Assembly (NCBI RefSeq): GCF_963921235.1
Contig: NC_086098.1
Span: 7,440,001-7,504,000, forward strand
Length of the DNA: 64,000 nt
Direction of reading: 5' to 3'
Source: Mobula hypostoma
Lineage: Eukaryota
In this document: positions 1 to 12,980 of the stretch, one piece after another
How positions within the stretch are numbered: the first letter of the stretch is position 1
How the letters are laid out: the number at the start of each line of letters is the position of its first letter
The notes under the pieces: model-generated
Told to the model about the DNA's origin: nothing
Seen by the model: the letters and a program-made list of their open reading frames with translations, nothing else
Databases searched by the model: none
Program-made: the position numbers and the translations under genes

Positions 1-871
1 ATTCTTTGCATTTCTGGTCAGACGCTAAATGCATTTCATTGGCTTTGTATCTGTACTCGACACAAGGACAATAAAGTTGAATCTAGTGTAATCTAATCAA
101 GAACTTCAGCATCTGCATAATTTCATGTACATCTGTTAGCAAAATGAGGTCAATGTTGAGGATTCCCAGGACTGCTTCTTCCCACCATACTGCAGATCCT
201 CTACTGCTCATCAGTATTTGTTCAGGAAGGTTCCTGCAGAATGGGAGAATTGGCAATGAAGTAGCAGATGGAATATAGTGTAAGGAAGAGTACGGTCATG
301 CACTTTAGTAGAAAGAATGAAGAAGCAGAATTCAAAAATCTGAGGTGCAAAGGGACTTTGGAGTCCTTGTGCAGGATTCCCTAAAGGTTAATTTGCAGGT
401 TAAGCTGGTGGTGAGGAAAGCAAATGCAATGATAGCATTCATTTCAAGAGGACTAGTATATAAGAGCAGAGATTTATGCTGAGGCTTTACAAGACATTAG
501 TCAGACCCCACTTGGAGTATTCTGAGCAGTCCTGGGCCCCTTAACTAAGATAAGATGTGCTGGCATTGGATGTTCACAAGAATCATTCTGGGAATAAAAA
601 GGTTAACATCTGAGGAGCGTTTGTAGATTCTGGGCCTGTAGTCACTAGAGTTTAGAAGAATGCGGGGGAGATCTCATTGAAACCTATTGAATATTGGAAA
701 GCCTAGTCAGAGAGGATGTGGAGGGAATGTTTCCTATAGTGGGCGAGCTATGACCAGAAGGCTCAGTGGAATAGGAGGGAGAATGGAGATAAGAACTTTG
801 GAACAGAGATGAGGAAGAGTTTCTTTAACCAGGGTAGTGAATTTGTGGAATTCATTGCTATGACAGCTATA

Positions 872-2433
872 ATATCTTTTTCAGGCATTACCTGTTTTTA
901 TCCCTATATCTTTTATTGATTCTCTTGATTCTATTATATCCTCCTATATATGGAAAAATAAGCATTCTAGACTAAACAAAATTCATCTTCAGAAAGCTAA
1001 AAAGAATGAAGGGCTAGCTTTACCAAACTTTAGGTTTTATTATTGGGAAGTTAATATACGTAATCTTACATTTTGGTTACATTACATTAATCATGAAGAT
1101 TGTCCGATGTGGGTTTGTTTAGAAGCTAACTCTGTTAATCAATTTTCTATTTTGTCTCTTGGATCCTCACTTCTTTATCCCTGAGTAAGTTAACTGACAA
1201 TTTGGTATTTCAACATACTATGAGAATTTGGGTACAATTCCAAAAATACTTCGGCTTATTGAGATTTCCTCTTTCAAGTTCCATTTCTTCTATGATAGAT
1301 GTGGCTTTTAAAGAATGGGATAGATTAAGTACTAAATGTTTCCAGGACTTATTTGTGGAGGGAAGTCTCCTTTCGTTTGAGCAACTGTCAGCTAAATATA
1401 GCTTACCCAAAACTCACTTTTTTCGATACCTATAAATAAGAGACTTTTTAAGGTCTCAAATATGTACATTTCCTAAAAGTCCTGATAAAAATATACTAGA
1501 TGTAATTTTTAATTTGAAGCCTTTTTATAATGGATCTATATCTAATATTTATAATATGTTGCTGGGAATGAGAAGTGTTCCTTAAGATAAAATTAAAAAC
1601 CTTTGGGAACAAGACTTACAGACTTCAATTTCTGAGGAAACTTGGAATAAAATTTTTAAGTTGGTTAACACTTCATCGTTATGCGCTCACCACTCTCTCC
1701 TACAATTTAAGGTGGTCCATAGGGCCCACATGACCAAGGATAAGTTGCCTCACTTTTATTTGGATATATCTCCTTATTGTGATAAATGTAAAAATGTAGA
1801 AACTTCACTCATTCATATGTCTTGGACATGTCCAAGTCTTGAAAAATATTGGAAAGAAGTATTTCAAAACTTCTCGATACTTTTTAAAGTAAATTTTAAG
1901 CCTAATCCTTTGACTCCTTTATTTGGTATTGTTGGAGGAAAGGATATTATTTTGGAGAGATCTGATTTGCACATTTTGGTTTTTATTTCCCTTATAGCTA
2001 GGAGGACGCTCTTGCTTAAATGGAAGGATGCGGTCCCTCCTATTCATGCTCAGTGGCTGCGTGATGTCACGTCATGTTTAAATTTGGAGAAGATTCGGTG
2101 TTCAATTTCTGAATCTAATCAAGACTTTCAAACATTGTGGGAACCTTTTTTGAACTATTTTCAAAACCTTTGATTTGCCGTTAAAGCACAGATGATGGCT
2201 AATAATACACTTATTTTCTTTTTCCTTCTTTACTAATCAGCTTCGATCTTGGTAGTGGGTTAGATTTTTTTCCATATAATAAATTTACTATATTTCAATA
2301 TTATGAATTAAGCAATTTGTATGAATATAGAGTAAGGAGTTTGTATGTGCGATTCAGTATAATACATTTGATATATTTCCTTTTTCTTGAACTGTGTATT
2401 CTCCTATGTAGAAAATTAATAAAAATATTGAAA
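872..2433 (+). mobile_element. 5'-truncated L1-clade LINE (ORF2 C-terminus and 3' UTR) with 12-bp TSD
   Basis: ATGACAGCTATA flanks the element at 860-871 and 2434-2445. Degraded frames give YLFQALP and GLALPNFRFYYW. AATAAA lies near 2418. Confidence 0.85.
1661..2173 (+). pseudogene. L1 ORF2 C-terminal cysteine-rich zinc-binding fragment
   Basis: The ORF contains QFKVVHR...CDKC...IHMSWTCP, the CCHC motif at the end of L1 ORF2. Upstream frames are interrupted. Confidence 0.8.
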
Positions 2434-2859
2434 ATGACAGCTATAGAGCCAATGAGTATATTCAAAGAGAAAGTTGATAAATTCTTGATTAGTCAAGGTT
2501 TCAAAGGTTATGGGGAGAAGGCAGGAGAACGGATTTGAAAGGGATAATAAATCAGCCATGATCGAATAGTGGAGCGGACTTGATGGGCTGAATGGCCTAA
2601 TTCTACTCCTATGTCTTATGGTCTTTGCTAGTGATACATGGGATGTACTCAGTGATCATAGGGGATCTGTCCAGCATGTTGTCTAAAAGCCATGTTTCCG
2701 TCATTTTTAACTATACTGACTTCTGACTGGCTACGAACAATACATTTCATGTAAACAGCAAACCCCAGCTTTGCCGTGTCCAGCCTCGGAGCTTTGGTCA
2801 ATGATATTTGGCCCCCCAAAGACTCCAAAGCAAATTTCTGCAGCTGTACCATGCACTTT

Positions 2860-3330
2860 ATTTTAACTGGTTACATCACCGCCCGGTATGTACAGAGGTG
2901 CCAAGACATGTACAGGGTGGGAAAAAAGCTGCAGGCGATTGTAAACTTGGTCAGCTGAATCATGCACACTAGCCTCCTCACCACCGAGGACACCTTCTAA
3001 CAGATGATGCCTCAAAAAGATGGCATCCATCATTAAGGACCCCCACCACCCAAGACGTGCTCTCTTATCGTTGCTTCAATCTGGGAGAGCTACACGAGCC
3101 TGAAGATACACACTCAACAGGCACTTCCCCTCCACAGTCAGATTTCTGATTGCACAATGTACACCACCTCACTATTTTTTATCCTCTTTTTGCACTACTT
3201 ATATCTCTTGAAATATTTCTTACTGTAAATTGATTAATGAATACTTTTTTAATGTCTTGCACTGTACTGCTGTTGCAAAACATCAAATTTCATGATATAT
3301 GTTAGTGATAACAAACCAGGTTCTGATTCA
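2860..3330 (+). mobile_element. Rex1/Babar-type LINE 3' fragment
   Basis: gcatccatcattaaggacccccaccaccca encodes ASIIKDPHHP, matching the better-preserved copy at 52326-52616. The tail resembles aaacctgattctga. Confidence 0.7.
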
Positions 3331-3375
3331 ATATTAAATAGTCTGTACTGTTACCAACAGCTTTCTAACTCTTGG

Positions 3376-3480
3376 TCCAGAGTACTGATGAAGGATCTTA
3401 GCCCGAAACGTCAACTGTTTTGATCTCTCTATAGATACTGCCTGACTTGCTGCATTCCTCCAGCGTTTTGTGTGTGTTAT
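3376..3480 (+). mobile_element. Penelope-like element terminus with hammerhead motif
   Basis: CTGATGA (3385-3391), aggatcttagccc, GAAACGTC (3405-3412), then the family sequence atagatactgcctgacttgctg. Confidence 0.75.
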
Positions 3481-3649
3481 ATTCTTGTTTTTTTTTCTGC
3501 CTCACCATGATGATCATAATAGAACATAGGTGAGCTGTTCAGGAAATTTCAAAGATATATTTACAAGTCATCTACATTATTGCATTATTGCAATGGCACA
3601 TGGGTCAGATTGGAGTATAGTTGGCAGGCTTCCTCTCCAGAGCGATGTT

Positions 3650-4440
3650 ATAGAGTTACAGAAATGTACAGCACCAGAAACAGGCCCTGTGGATCTAGTC
3701 CATGCCAAGCCATTTAAACTACCTACTCCCATCGACCTGCACCCGGACCATAGGCCTCCATCGCTCTACCGTCCGTGTATCTATGCAAACTTCTCAGAAA
3801 CTTTGAAATTAAGCTCACATGCACCGACAGCTCGTTCCACACTAGCATGACCCCCTGAGTGAAGAATTTTCCTCTCATGTTCTCTTTAAACATTTCACCC
3901 TTAACTCATGACCTCAGTGGAAAAAGTCTCTTACATTCACCCTATCTGTGCCCTTCATGATTTTGTATACCTCTGTCAAATCTTCTCTCAATCTTCTATG
4001 GTCCAAGAAATAAAGTCCTAACCTATTCAATCTTCAAAGTTCAAGATTCAAGTACATTTATTATGAAAGAATATATAAATTATACAATCTTGAGATTTGT
4101 TTGCTCACAGGCAACAGCAAAGCAAGAAATCTGAAAGGACCTAATATAAACAACACCCGATGTACAAAGAAAGTGAAGGAAAAACACAGATCATGCAAAG
4201 AATAGAAGCAAGCAGCAACATTTAGAACCAAGTGAGTTCTTAGATCCAAACTCCGGAACAAACTGAAGTAGATCCAAAGCCTCAAAGTCAGCTCATCAGC
4301 TCCCCATCCTCATTTATGTATCACGTAGGTCCTTCAGAACTGGCAAGATCATTGTAAATTTTCTCTGTACTCTTTCAACCTTATTTGCATCTTTCCTGTA
4401 AGTCGGTGACCAAACTGCACATAATACACCAAATTAGTTA
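3650..4440 (-). mobile_element. CR1 3' fragment, interrupted by a LINE tail at about 4035-4300
   Basis: Reverse complement of the CR1 ORF2 end (ctgagtgaagaattttcctctcatgtt; gaccaaactgcacataatac). Confidence 0.7.
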
Positions 4441-4974
4441 AGTTTAAGGATGTGGTTGTACTCCTATTAAGATCATTGTGACTAAGACTATTATTTTCAT
4501 TTCCAGATTACACATTTCATTTAAATTCCATATCTACTGTGTATTTGGATTGTTAGTCAAACATCTGTTAGTGGTTAAATTATTAATCCAGTACTTTCAC
4601 CACTAACAGATACTTGAATAACAGAACAGATGTTTTACTAATTTAGCAATTTAACCACTGACTCAGGATTGTATCCTCTGCGTGTACCTGTCAGAATCCA
4701 GTTGGGATTGAGTTTGTGAATTTGGAAATTTGCATTTCCTGCTCCACCTGATTTACTCAATCTTCCCTCAGGTTTAAACATTCCTCTGACTGTTTGCAAA
4801 TGTGCCTATATTGTGGAATGCTATATTTGGTTTAACTTTGCCCTCACCCATCTTGTACTTTCAATAATATTACCGGATCTGGGGCAGGAATGGCAAATGC
4901 AACTTGGAGAGCAAAGCTAACATTATGTGGACAAAGGTGCCATTCCTCACTCAACAGCAGTAATACCCAGAACC

Positions 4975-5460
4975 AGAGTGGTTAGCGTAATACTTTGCAG
5001 TGCCAGCAATTGGGCATCATTTCACACTGCTGTCTACAAAGAGTTTGTATGTTCCCCCCCGACCACATGGTTTCCTTTGGGGGTTCCATTTTCCTTCCAC
5101 ATTTCAAAGTTCAAAATTAAAGGTACATTTATTATCAAAGTCCATATATGTCACCATATACTACCTGAGATTCATTTTCTTGTGGGCATTCACAGTAAGC
5201 ATAAATATACATCACAGAATCAATGAAACATCAAACACTACGAGACAGACAACCAATGCGCAAAAGGCAATAAACTCTGCAAATATAAAATGAAAAAAAC
5301 AAATAAAATTAGACTAATAAGATTTCCTGTGACAATGTTCCTTAACAATTTGGTCAATGGTGGAGAGGGCTTTACCCATGATAAAGACATTCAGGTTAGG
5401 ATTAGTGAGCTGTGAGCATGCTACGGTATTTTGGCACTGAGGGAGGTGACACTTGCCAGT
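4975..5460 (+). mobile_element. HE1-like V-domain tRNA-derived SINE, interrupted
   Basis: gtggttagcg head and a V-domain-like segment gagtttgtatgttccccccc...tggtttcc. Confidence 0.6.
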
Positions 5461-5624
5461 TGCAAGTGAGATTTATAATTAAAACAATAAAGTTCACAAA
5501 TCATGTGAGCGAAAATAAACCTGATTCTGATATGGGTATATGGTTCTGGCCCACGTCTGATTCTGAATCAAAGATTATTCTGATTCTGATTATTCTGATT
5601 CTGGAGTCGGTCTATGGTTCTTCC

Positions 5625-5922
5625 CCAACATTTCAGGCCAAGATCTTCATCAGGACTGGAATAAGAGGTGGTGATGGGCAGGGGCAGGGGAAGGAGAAGG
5701 AATACAAGCTAGAATCTGCCAGGTGAAGCCAGCTGGGCGAGGGAGGGAGATGAAGTAAGAAGCTGGGTGGTGATAAGTGGAAAAGGCAAAAATCCTTCAT
5801 CAGGACTCAGAGGTCTTGGCCCAAAACAACGACTGTTTATTTCCCTCCATAGATGCTGCCTGACCTGCTGGGTTCCTCAAGCATTTTGCGTGTGTTACTA
5901 TATTTCCAGTATGCAGAATCTC
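5625..5922. mobile_element. Penelope-like termini in opposite orientations
   Basis: Minus-strand hammerhead remnants (cttcatcaggact at about 5646 and 5795) are joined to a plus-strand terminus (ggtcttggcccaaaac...atagatgctgcctgacctgctg). Confidence 0.7.
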
Positions 5923-5924
5923 AT

Positions 5925-6400
5925 TGCTGATTCCATAACAGTTTTGCTTTACCAGTCAGGATTGTTAGCTCTGAACTGAACCCCCAAACCTGGAAGACCA
6001 TTGGACCACTCTTAGTCTGTCCTTTACCCTTCAACTTGTTTGGCATGGGTGACTGTGGTAAACCATGCATATATGTTGTAACTGGGTTACCTGTCTGGAC
6101 ATGTCTGGACGCACCACTCTGCTGACTGCTCCTGTGGCTCCTCCCACAGACCCCTGAATGAAGGCGATTGTGCCACTGCTCCTCCGTCAGTCCAGGACAG
6201 ATATTCAGCATGGATGTGGATGTTATTACCAGCATTTACTGTTAATAAAAGCCTTTCAGTATTTACTCTACTTCCAGTCTTTTGGAGTAATTGTTAGTGC
6301 ATCAGTGACCCTACCAAGAGCCAAAGCATAAAGCCCTGACTCTCTGTGTCATTGAGCTACATAGGCCTTCAAACCACAACAAGGTTGTGGTCCTCTTGGA
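5925..6400 (-). mobile_element. RTE-clade LINE 5' UTR fragment, split by a solo LTR
   Basis: With the LTR removed, the minus strand reads cacaaccttgttgtgg...ctcttggtagggtcacccatgcc...gctaacaatcctgactggtaaa, which I recognise as RTE/Expander-like 5' sequence. Confidence 0.55.
6054..6304 (+). mobile_element. Short solo LTR (251 bp) with 5-bp TSD
   Basis: TG...CA termini. GTGAC at 6049-6053 and 6305-6309. AATAAA at 6244. A homologue lies at 18802-19030. Confidence 0.85.
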
Positions 6401-7267
6401 GGAGATTTGTGCATAATTACACATTTATATTTATGTATAAGATTTATAGTTACACATAACTATAAATACATAAGATAGCTTATATACAGTGTATGTCCAT
6501 AAAGTGATGCTAGACACTTTTTGTACATAAAGTGACTCTGCCAGGAAGTGATAAAGTAGTGGTGATTGTGGGTGTAGAGAGGTGGAGGTGTGAATCAGCC
6601 TTCCTTCTTGGGAAAGTAACTGTATTTTGATTAGGTTAGTCCTGGCGTGGATGCTACAAAGCTTCTTCTCTAATGGGAGTGGGACAAACAGTCCATGAGC
6701 AGGGTTAGAGGGATCTATCATGATATTACTGGCCCTTTTCCAGCACCTTAATGGCAGATGTATGAACAAGTCTTAAGAAGTGACCTTCTCAGCCAATATC
6801 GTTAAACGACGGTAAATTGTTGCAAGAAAAATTACCAAAAATGACTGATCAATTGATATTATTTTCAACATGAATTATATACATATTATCTTGAATACAT
6901 TGAGCAGTTTTATTTTACTAATATTTGTGATGTAATTAATATATTTCCTGAACACCTTTATCCAATGGAGAATACTCATTCACAATAAGTAGGTCGCATC
7001 TGTTTTAATTGATAGAAGAAAATAGTCTGAAATAATTGCATCCAAATTAATTTTGTATCACAAAGGAATCAATTAGGAGAGTTCTGATAATGCTTCCACT
7101 TTTTCCATGACTGCATCAGCTTCGACCTAAGCCAAGGAAATTAACAGAGACCAGTTGTTATGTAATACATCCCAAGATTGTTATAAAGATCTCATATAAT
7201 TGTTTTGTGGCTTTCAAAGATTTTCTCTCTTCAGCATGATACTCAGTTACAGACCAATCTGATTATG

Positions 7268-7570
7268 GTAGTGGCAGAGGATGTAACAGTGAACTCAACG
7301 CCTCACAATGCCAGCCTTGAGATCAGAGTTCGATCTCCACCCACCACCGTCAGGAGTTTGTACTTTTTCCCTGTGACCATGTGGGCAACCCTGTATTCTC
7401 TGCTGACACTCAAAGAGATGCGATTAGGATTCGTGAGCTTTGGGCATGCTATCATGGCAGCAGAAGTCTGGCGACTCGTGGGCTGCCCATCTCCATCCTC
7501 GCTTATTTGATTTGATGCAAGTGAAACATTTCACTGTGTGTTTCGAAGTACATGTGACTAATGTGACAAA
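7268..7570 (+). mobile_element. V-domain tRNA-derived SINE
   Basis: B-box-like gagttcgatc followed by ggagtttgtactttttccctgtgaccatgtggg. Confidence 0.6.
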
Positions 7571-7970
7571 TAGAACATAGAATAGTCCAGCACAGTACAG
7601 GCCCTTCGGCCCACAATGTTGTGCTGACCCTCAAACCCTGCCTCCCATATAAACCCCCCATCTTAAATTCCTCCATATACCTGTCTAGTAGTCCCTTAAA
7701 TTTCACTGGTGTATCTGCCTCCACCACTGACTCAGGCAGTGCATTCCCCGCACCAACCACTCTCTGAGTAAAAAACCTTCCTCTAATATCCCCCTTGAAC
7801 TTCCCACCCCTTACCTTAAAGCCATGTCCTCTTGTATTGAGCAGTGGTGCCCTGGGGAAGAGGCGCTGGCTATCCACTCTATCTATTCCTCTTATTATCT
7901 TGTACACCTCTATCATATCTCCTCTCATCCTCCTTCTCTCCAAAGAGTAAAGCCCTAGCTCCCTAAATCT
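7571..7970 (-). mobile_element. CR1 3' fragment, well preserved
   Basis: ORF 7503-7943 gives ERRRMRGDMIEVYKI...TRGHGFK...FFTQRVV, with a ttctatg-type tail. Confidence 0.9.
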
Positions 7971-7974
7971 GAAG

Positions 7975-8650
7975 CTTTAAAAAGCATTGGTCACACCGCA
8001 CTTGGAGTATTAGGAAATGCTTTGAGCCCCTTATCTATGAAAGGATGTGGTGGCTTTGGAGAGAATGTAGAAGAGGTTCATGAGAATAAATCTGGAAATA
8101 ATTTACATAATACTATTTAACTATTTATGGTTTTATTACTATTTACTATTTATGGTACAACTGTAACGAAAACCAATTTCCCGTGGGATCAATGAAGTAT
8201 GACTATGACTAAAAGGGTTAACATATGATTCTGGGTCTGTACTCACCGGAGTACAAATGAATGGGGAGGGATCTCATTGAAACCTTTCAAATATTGAAAG
8301 GCCTAAATAGAGTGGATGCGGAGAGGATATTTTCTAAAGTGGGGGAGTCTTAGACCAGAGGGCACAGCCACAGAATAGAAGGATGTTCATTTAGAACTGA
8401 GATGAGGAGGAATTTCTTTAGACAGAGGGTGGCGAATCTGTGGAATCTGCCCCAGAGAGCTGTGGAGAACATTGAGTATGTTTAAAGCAGAGGTTGACAG
8501 GTTCTGGCTTCGTCAGGATGTTAAAGGTTACAATGAGAAGTCAGGAGAATGGGGTTGAGAAGAATAATAAATCAGCCATGATGGAATTGCCGAGCAGATG
8601 CGATAGACCAACTGGCCTAATTCTGCTCCTATGGCTTATGGTCTTATGAT
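7975..8650 (+). mobile_element. CR1 3' fragment containing a Rex/Babar tail insert (about 8100-8210)
   Basis: CR1 motifs cacttggagtat and gatctcattgaaacc. The insert matches 45600-45715 and ends in (atgact)n. Confidence 0.75.
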
Positions 8651-9180
8651 TTACACCAACAAATCCATTCATTCCGATATCATAAGTCAGAATTAGTTTA
8701 AAATAAAAAAATGCATCATAACCTAAAGAACAATCCAAATGTAAGAAATAATTTACCTTTGCAGCATTTGAAATAATCACAGGAAAAAGATCTACAAATA
8801 TCAACATTTACAAGGGTCATCTTCACCGAGAAAAATATTGGCTGGATTACCTGCTACCAAGAGAATCTGAAGGATAAAGTTCAGTCCAGAAAGGGTTATC
8901 TGCATCTGCTGAAGTCTTGCTCTTTGCTTCAATCCACTAGTGATATTAGGCAAGACGATGCAAGACCGAGATACCGGACTTCCATCATAGAGTCATCGAG
9001 CCATAGAAAAGTACAGCACAGAAACAGGCCTTTTGTCCCATCCAGTGCATGCCAAACCATTTAACTTGCCATCTCCCATCAACCTGCACCCCAACTATAG
9101 CCCTTCATAACCCTACTATCCATATAACTATCCAAATTTCTCTTAAACTCTAGAATTGAAATTACATCCACCATCCTTGG

Positions 9181-9452
9181 CTGTGTGTCCAGAGACCTGA
9201 GTCCTTCGGGCACAGAGCTCGAAAAAGCGACGCAATGGACTTTTAACATCGTAAACCAGCGAGGTGTTTGTTATGTCTCCCCTCTCACTGTGAAATGTAT
9301 TAGGAAGAGAGCGAGCCTGTGGTATGTCGAATGCCGAGTGAACAATGTAACTGCAAGTCTGTGTCTTTACTGTTGCTTTGCTCACGCTTGAGTGCCCGGT
9401 GGCGGGTGCTGATGGATTTTTTGCTGGGGGGATTGTTGCTTGCTGCCGCACC
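9181..9452 (+). repeat. Family B non-coding interspersed repeat, internal fragment
   Basis: cacagagctcgaaaaagcga...gttgctttgctcacgcttg is the reverse complement of sequence within 16750-17040. Confidence 0.75.
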
Positions 9453-9749
9453 TGGGGAACCAGCGAAGTCTGGCGACCTGCCCGACATCAAAGCAATCAA
9501 AACAATGGAGTCGGACCAATAATAACGCGAGCACTCGGCAAAAGCAACACTCGATTGCCTGACTGAAGATGTCACCTCGAATGGCGACAAAGTGTTTGTG
9601 GTCTGACTTCCAGGCCTAGCGAACAACCCTACAGTTATCATTGGGTTAGAATTTAGTACCACAGGTAGACAAATTTACATCCTTGCTCAGTGTATTTACT
9701 TGAACTTTAGATTGTTATTTTGCTTTCAGATGAACATTGAAACTATACC

Positions 9750-9935
9750 ATGGTATAGCGGAGTGGTTAGTGCAATGCTATTACAGATCGGGGGATCCAG
9801 AGTTCAGATGTCAATTCCAGTGGTGTCGAGAAGGCATTTATATGTTCTCCCCGTGACTGCGTGGGTTTCCTCCGGGTGATCCGGTTTCCTCCCACATTCT
9901 AAAGACGTATCAGCTGGTAAGTTAATTGGTCATTT
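9750..9935 (+). mobile_element. HE1-like V-SINE
   Basis: Clear V-domain: tgttctccccgtgactgcgtgggtttcctccgggtgatccggtttcctcccacattctaaagacgt. Confidence 0.8.
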
Positions 9936-10664
9936 TTGTGACAAATACATATATATTTGTGACATATACATATTTTGATAATAAACTTACTTTGAACTTT
10001 GAACTTTAGTTCTCGTGTGCTTTTGAACTTGAGGGCCGACCGACTTAGCCTTGGTCTCTGGAGGGTAAAGAGCTTTGCAGCATTTAGTGGTCATGCTGCT
10101 TAAGTGAGGACTGTTGCTGGGAGAAGCGATGCCATCCCACAGCTATTCCACATCTTCTCTTCATTCGACTGCCTGATGAATCAAAATATACCACCAACAT
10201 CAAAGGCAAATAAACACATTCAGTTACCGGCATAGAGACATTGGTGTGAGAGGGGAATGGTAACCACAGAGTCATTAATCTTCCTCCGCCTCCTTTGGTC
10301 TGTCAAATCAAGCTCTCCCGATACTGATGACAGTTGCTATAGCAATTAAAAACTAGTCTATTGTGCCTAAAAAGCTTATTCTTTGTTGTTGACTTGAATA
10401 TGAGATAAAGCATTGTATTAAAGACCAGGGACTATTTCATTAGAGCTCGCATGTTTGCACATGAAGCTATTATTATGTACATTTAAATTTCATTATGTAA
10501 CAGATTGGTGTTATCACCAGCAGCTCTTAAAACTACACAGTTGTGGTTTCAACACAACCTTCACAGAACTAAACCCTGATCTAGATAAAGTTAAATTGAT
10601 TTGGATTAGATGTAACCTAGTTAGCGTATCTCTGGAGAATCAATGGAAGCTTCATAGTCCACTG

Positions 10665-11815
10665 ACCATAAAACCATAAGACACAGGAACAGAATTAGGC
10701 CATTCAGCCCATCACATCAGCCATTCCATCATGGCTGATTAATTATCCCTCTCAACTCCATTCTCCCACCTTCTACCCGTAACCTTTGATGTCCTGACTA
10801 ATCAAGAGCCTATCAACTTCCACTTTAAATATATCGAATGATTTAGCCCACACAGCTGTCTGTGGCAACGAATTCCGCAGATTAACAACCCTCTGGCTAA
10901 AGAAATTCCTCCTCATCCCTGTTCTAAATGGACACCCCCAAATTCTGAGGTTGTGCCCTCTGGTCCTAGACTCCCCCGATGTAGGAAACATCCTCTCCAC
11001 ATCCACTCTGTTGAGGCCTTTTCATATTCAATAGGTTTCAGTGAGATCCCCTCCTCATTGTTCTGAACACCAATGAGTACAGGCCCAGAGGGATCAAACA
11101 CCGCTCTTATGTTAATCCCTTTAATTCCTGGGATTATTCTCGCGAACCTGCTCTGGACCTTCTCCGAGGTCAACACATCCTTTCTAAAAAAAGGGGCCCA
11201 AAACTACTAATAATACACCAAGTGCAGTCTGACCAATGCCTTATAAAGCCTCAGCATAACCTCCCTGCTTTTGTACTCTAGTTCTCTCAACATGAATTTG
11301 TCTTTGCCTTCTTCACCACAAGGTTCCTACAAGGTAACCTTTAGGGAATCCTGTATGAGGACTCCCAAGCCCTGTTGCATCTCTGCATTTTGAATTTCCT
11401 CCCCATTCAGAAAATAGTCTATGCCTTTATTCCTACAGCCAAAGTGTATGACCATATATTTCCCTACACCAAGTTCCATCTGTCACTGTTTTTGCCCATT
11501 CTCCCAATCTGTCGTCCTTCTGCAGACACCCTGTTTCCTCAACTCTACCTGCCCCCACACCTTATCTTCATATTGTCCACAAACATGGCTACAAAGCCAT
11601 CAATTCCATCATCCAAATCATTAACACATAACATGAAAAGAAGCAGCCTCAACGCTGACCCCTGGGGACACTTCTAATCACTGGCAGCCAACCAGAAAAG
11701 GCCCCCTTCATTCCCACCCTTTGCCTCCAGCCACTCAGCCAGTCTTCTATCCATGCCAGACTCTCCTTTGTTTATATTGCCTGTTACTTCCTCAAAGAAT
11801 TCCAACAGAGTTGTC
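10665..11815 (-). mobile_element. Degraded CR1 ORF2 3' region and tail
   Basis: ORF 10773-11006 gives SRTRGHNL...RNFFSQRVVNLRNSLP. RT remnants continue to about 11815. Confidence 0.85.
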
Positions 11816-11974
11816 AGACCAGCCCCCATTGCCCAATCTTGTATCTATTTAATTACAAAGCATTTGCAATATGTCATTTCATGGTGCTTTTCCCTAGATA
11901 TCATGGACCACACAGAAGTTCTGGGACATGCTCTGAGAAAGTTGCTGTAACAAGGCTTTATGTCACAGGTCACC

Positions 11975-12980
11975 AGATATACTTCATTAGGAGTTTGAGG
12001 AATTTTGATCTGCCACCAAAGGGAAGGAGGGAACGTCGACTCAGACCACAAGAGGCCTGCATCGGGCATTTTCATGCCTTACAAGGCGCAGATTGGACGT
12101 CTGTGTGGAGCGCCACTCCCCGCATAGACGTGTGGTTAAGTGCCTTGCTCAAGGGCACAAACACGCTGCCACAGCTGAGGCTCGAACTTGCAACCTTCAG
12201 ATCACTAGACGAATGCCTTAACCACCTGGCCACGTGTCACCAAAGACTACAGCACATTTCCGCAGGTGTACGCAGGAGAACATTTTAATTGTTTATATCA
12301 CTGTCTGGTATGGAAGGGCCACAGCACAGGATAAAAAAAACTGTGGGAAGTGTAGACAGCCAGTTCCAACATGGGCACAGGCCTCCCCGCCATCAAGGAG
12401 ATCTTCAAAAGGCAGTGGCTCAGGAAGATGACATCCCGCAGGAAGGGCCCTCACCATCCAGGACATGCCGCCTTCTCATTGCTACCATCAGACAGGAAGT
12501 ACAAGCACCTGAAGACACACATTCAACATTTAGGAGCAACTCCTTCTCATTTTTTGCACAGTACTGTATTTATTTTTGTATTTCTTATTGCTTTCTTCTG
12601 GACAGTGTCTTTACAAGACAGGTGACCCCAGCCATTATCAATACTCTTCAGAGATTGTCCGTCTGGCATCAGTGGCTGCACAACCAGGACATGTGATCTG
12701 CACCGGCTGCTCGTACGACTGTCCACCACCTGCTCCCATGGCTTCATGTGACCCTGATCGGGGGCTAAGCAGGTGCTACACCTTGCCCAAGGGTAACTTG
12801 CAGGCATAGCGGAGGGAAAGAGTTTCTTACACCTCCTGTGGTAAAGATGAACTTCCACCCCGCCACCCCATTTCTTCTTGTAACCTTTAGTAATTTTTTC
12901 TCTATATTTTGCACTGTACTGTCGTGCAAAGCTCCAAATTTCATGACATTTTTTAGGGATAATGAACCTGATTCTGATTG
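11975..12980 (+). mobile_element. Rex1/Babar-type 3' fragment with two nested inserts
   Basis: ORF 12371-12625 gives PHHPGHAAFSLLPSDRKY. The tail gataatgaacctgattctgat lies at about 12958-12978. Confidence 0.7.
12022..12237 (-). mobile_element. tRNA-derived SINE with TSD
   Basis: The minus strand has an A box (gtggccaggtggttaaggc) and a B box (agttcgagcc), then gtgcccttgagcaaggcacttaacc. CACCAAAG flanks it at 12014-12021 and 12238-12245. Confidence 0.75.

Larger units (their letters stand above)
262..2625 (+). mobile_element. Degraded CR1 LINE 3' part (about 262-871 and 2446-2625), split by an L1 insertion
   Basis: Resembles the end of the intact CR1 ORF2 at 61700-62510 (gacccca cttggagtat, gatctcattgaaacctat) and ends in the CR1 tail gaatggcctaattctactcctatgtcttatggtctt. 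Confidence 0.85.

Noticed and set aside
9750..9830. SINE heads as tRNA genes
   Set aside because: They form no cloverleaf and run directly into the V-domain.
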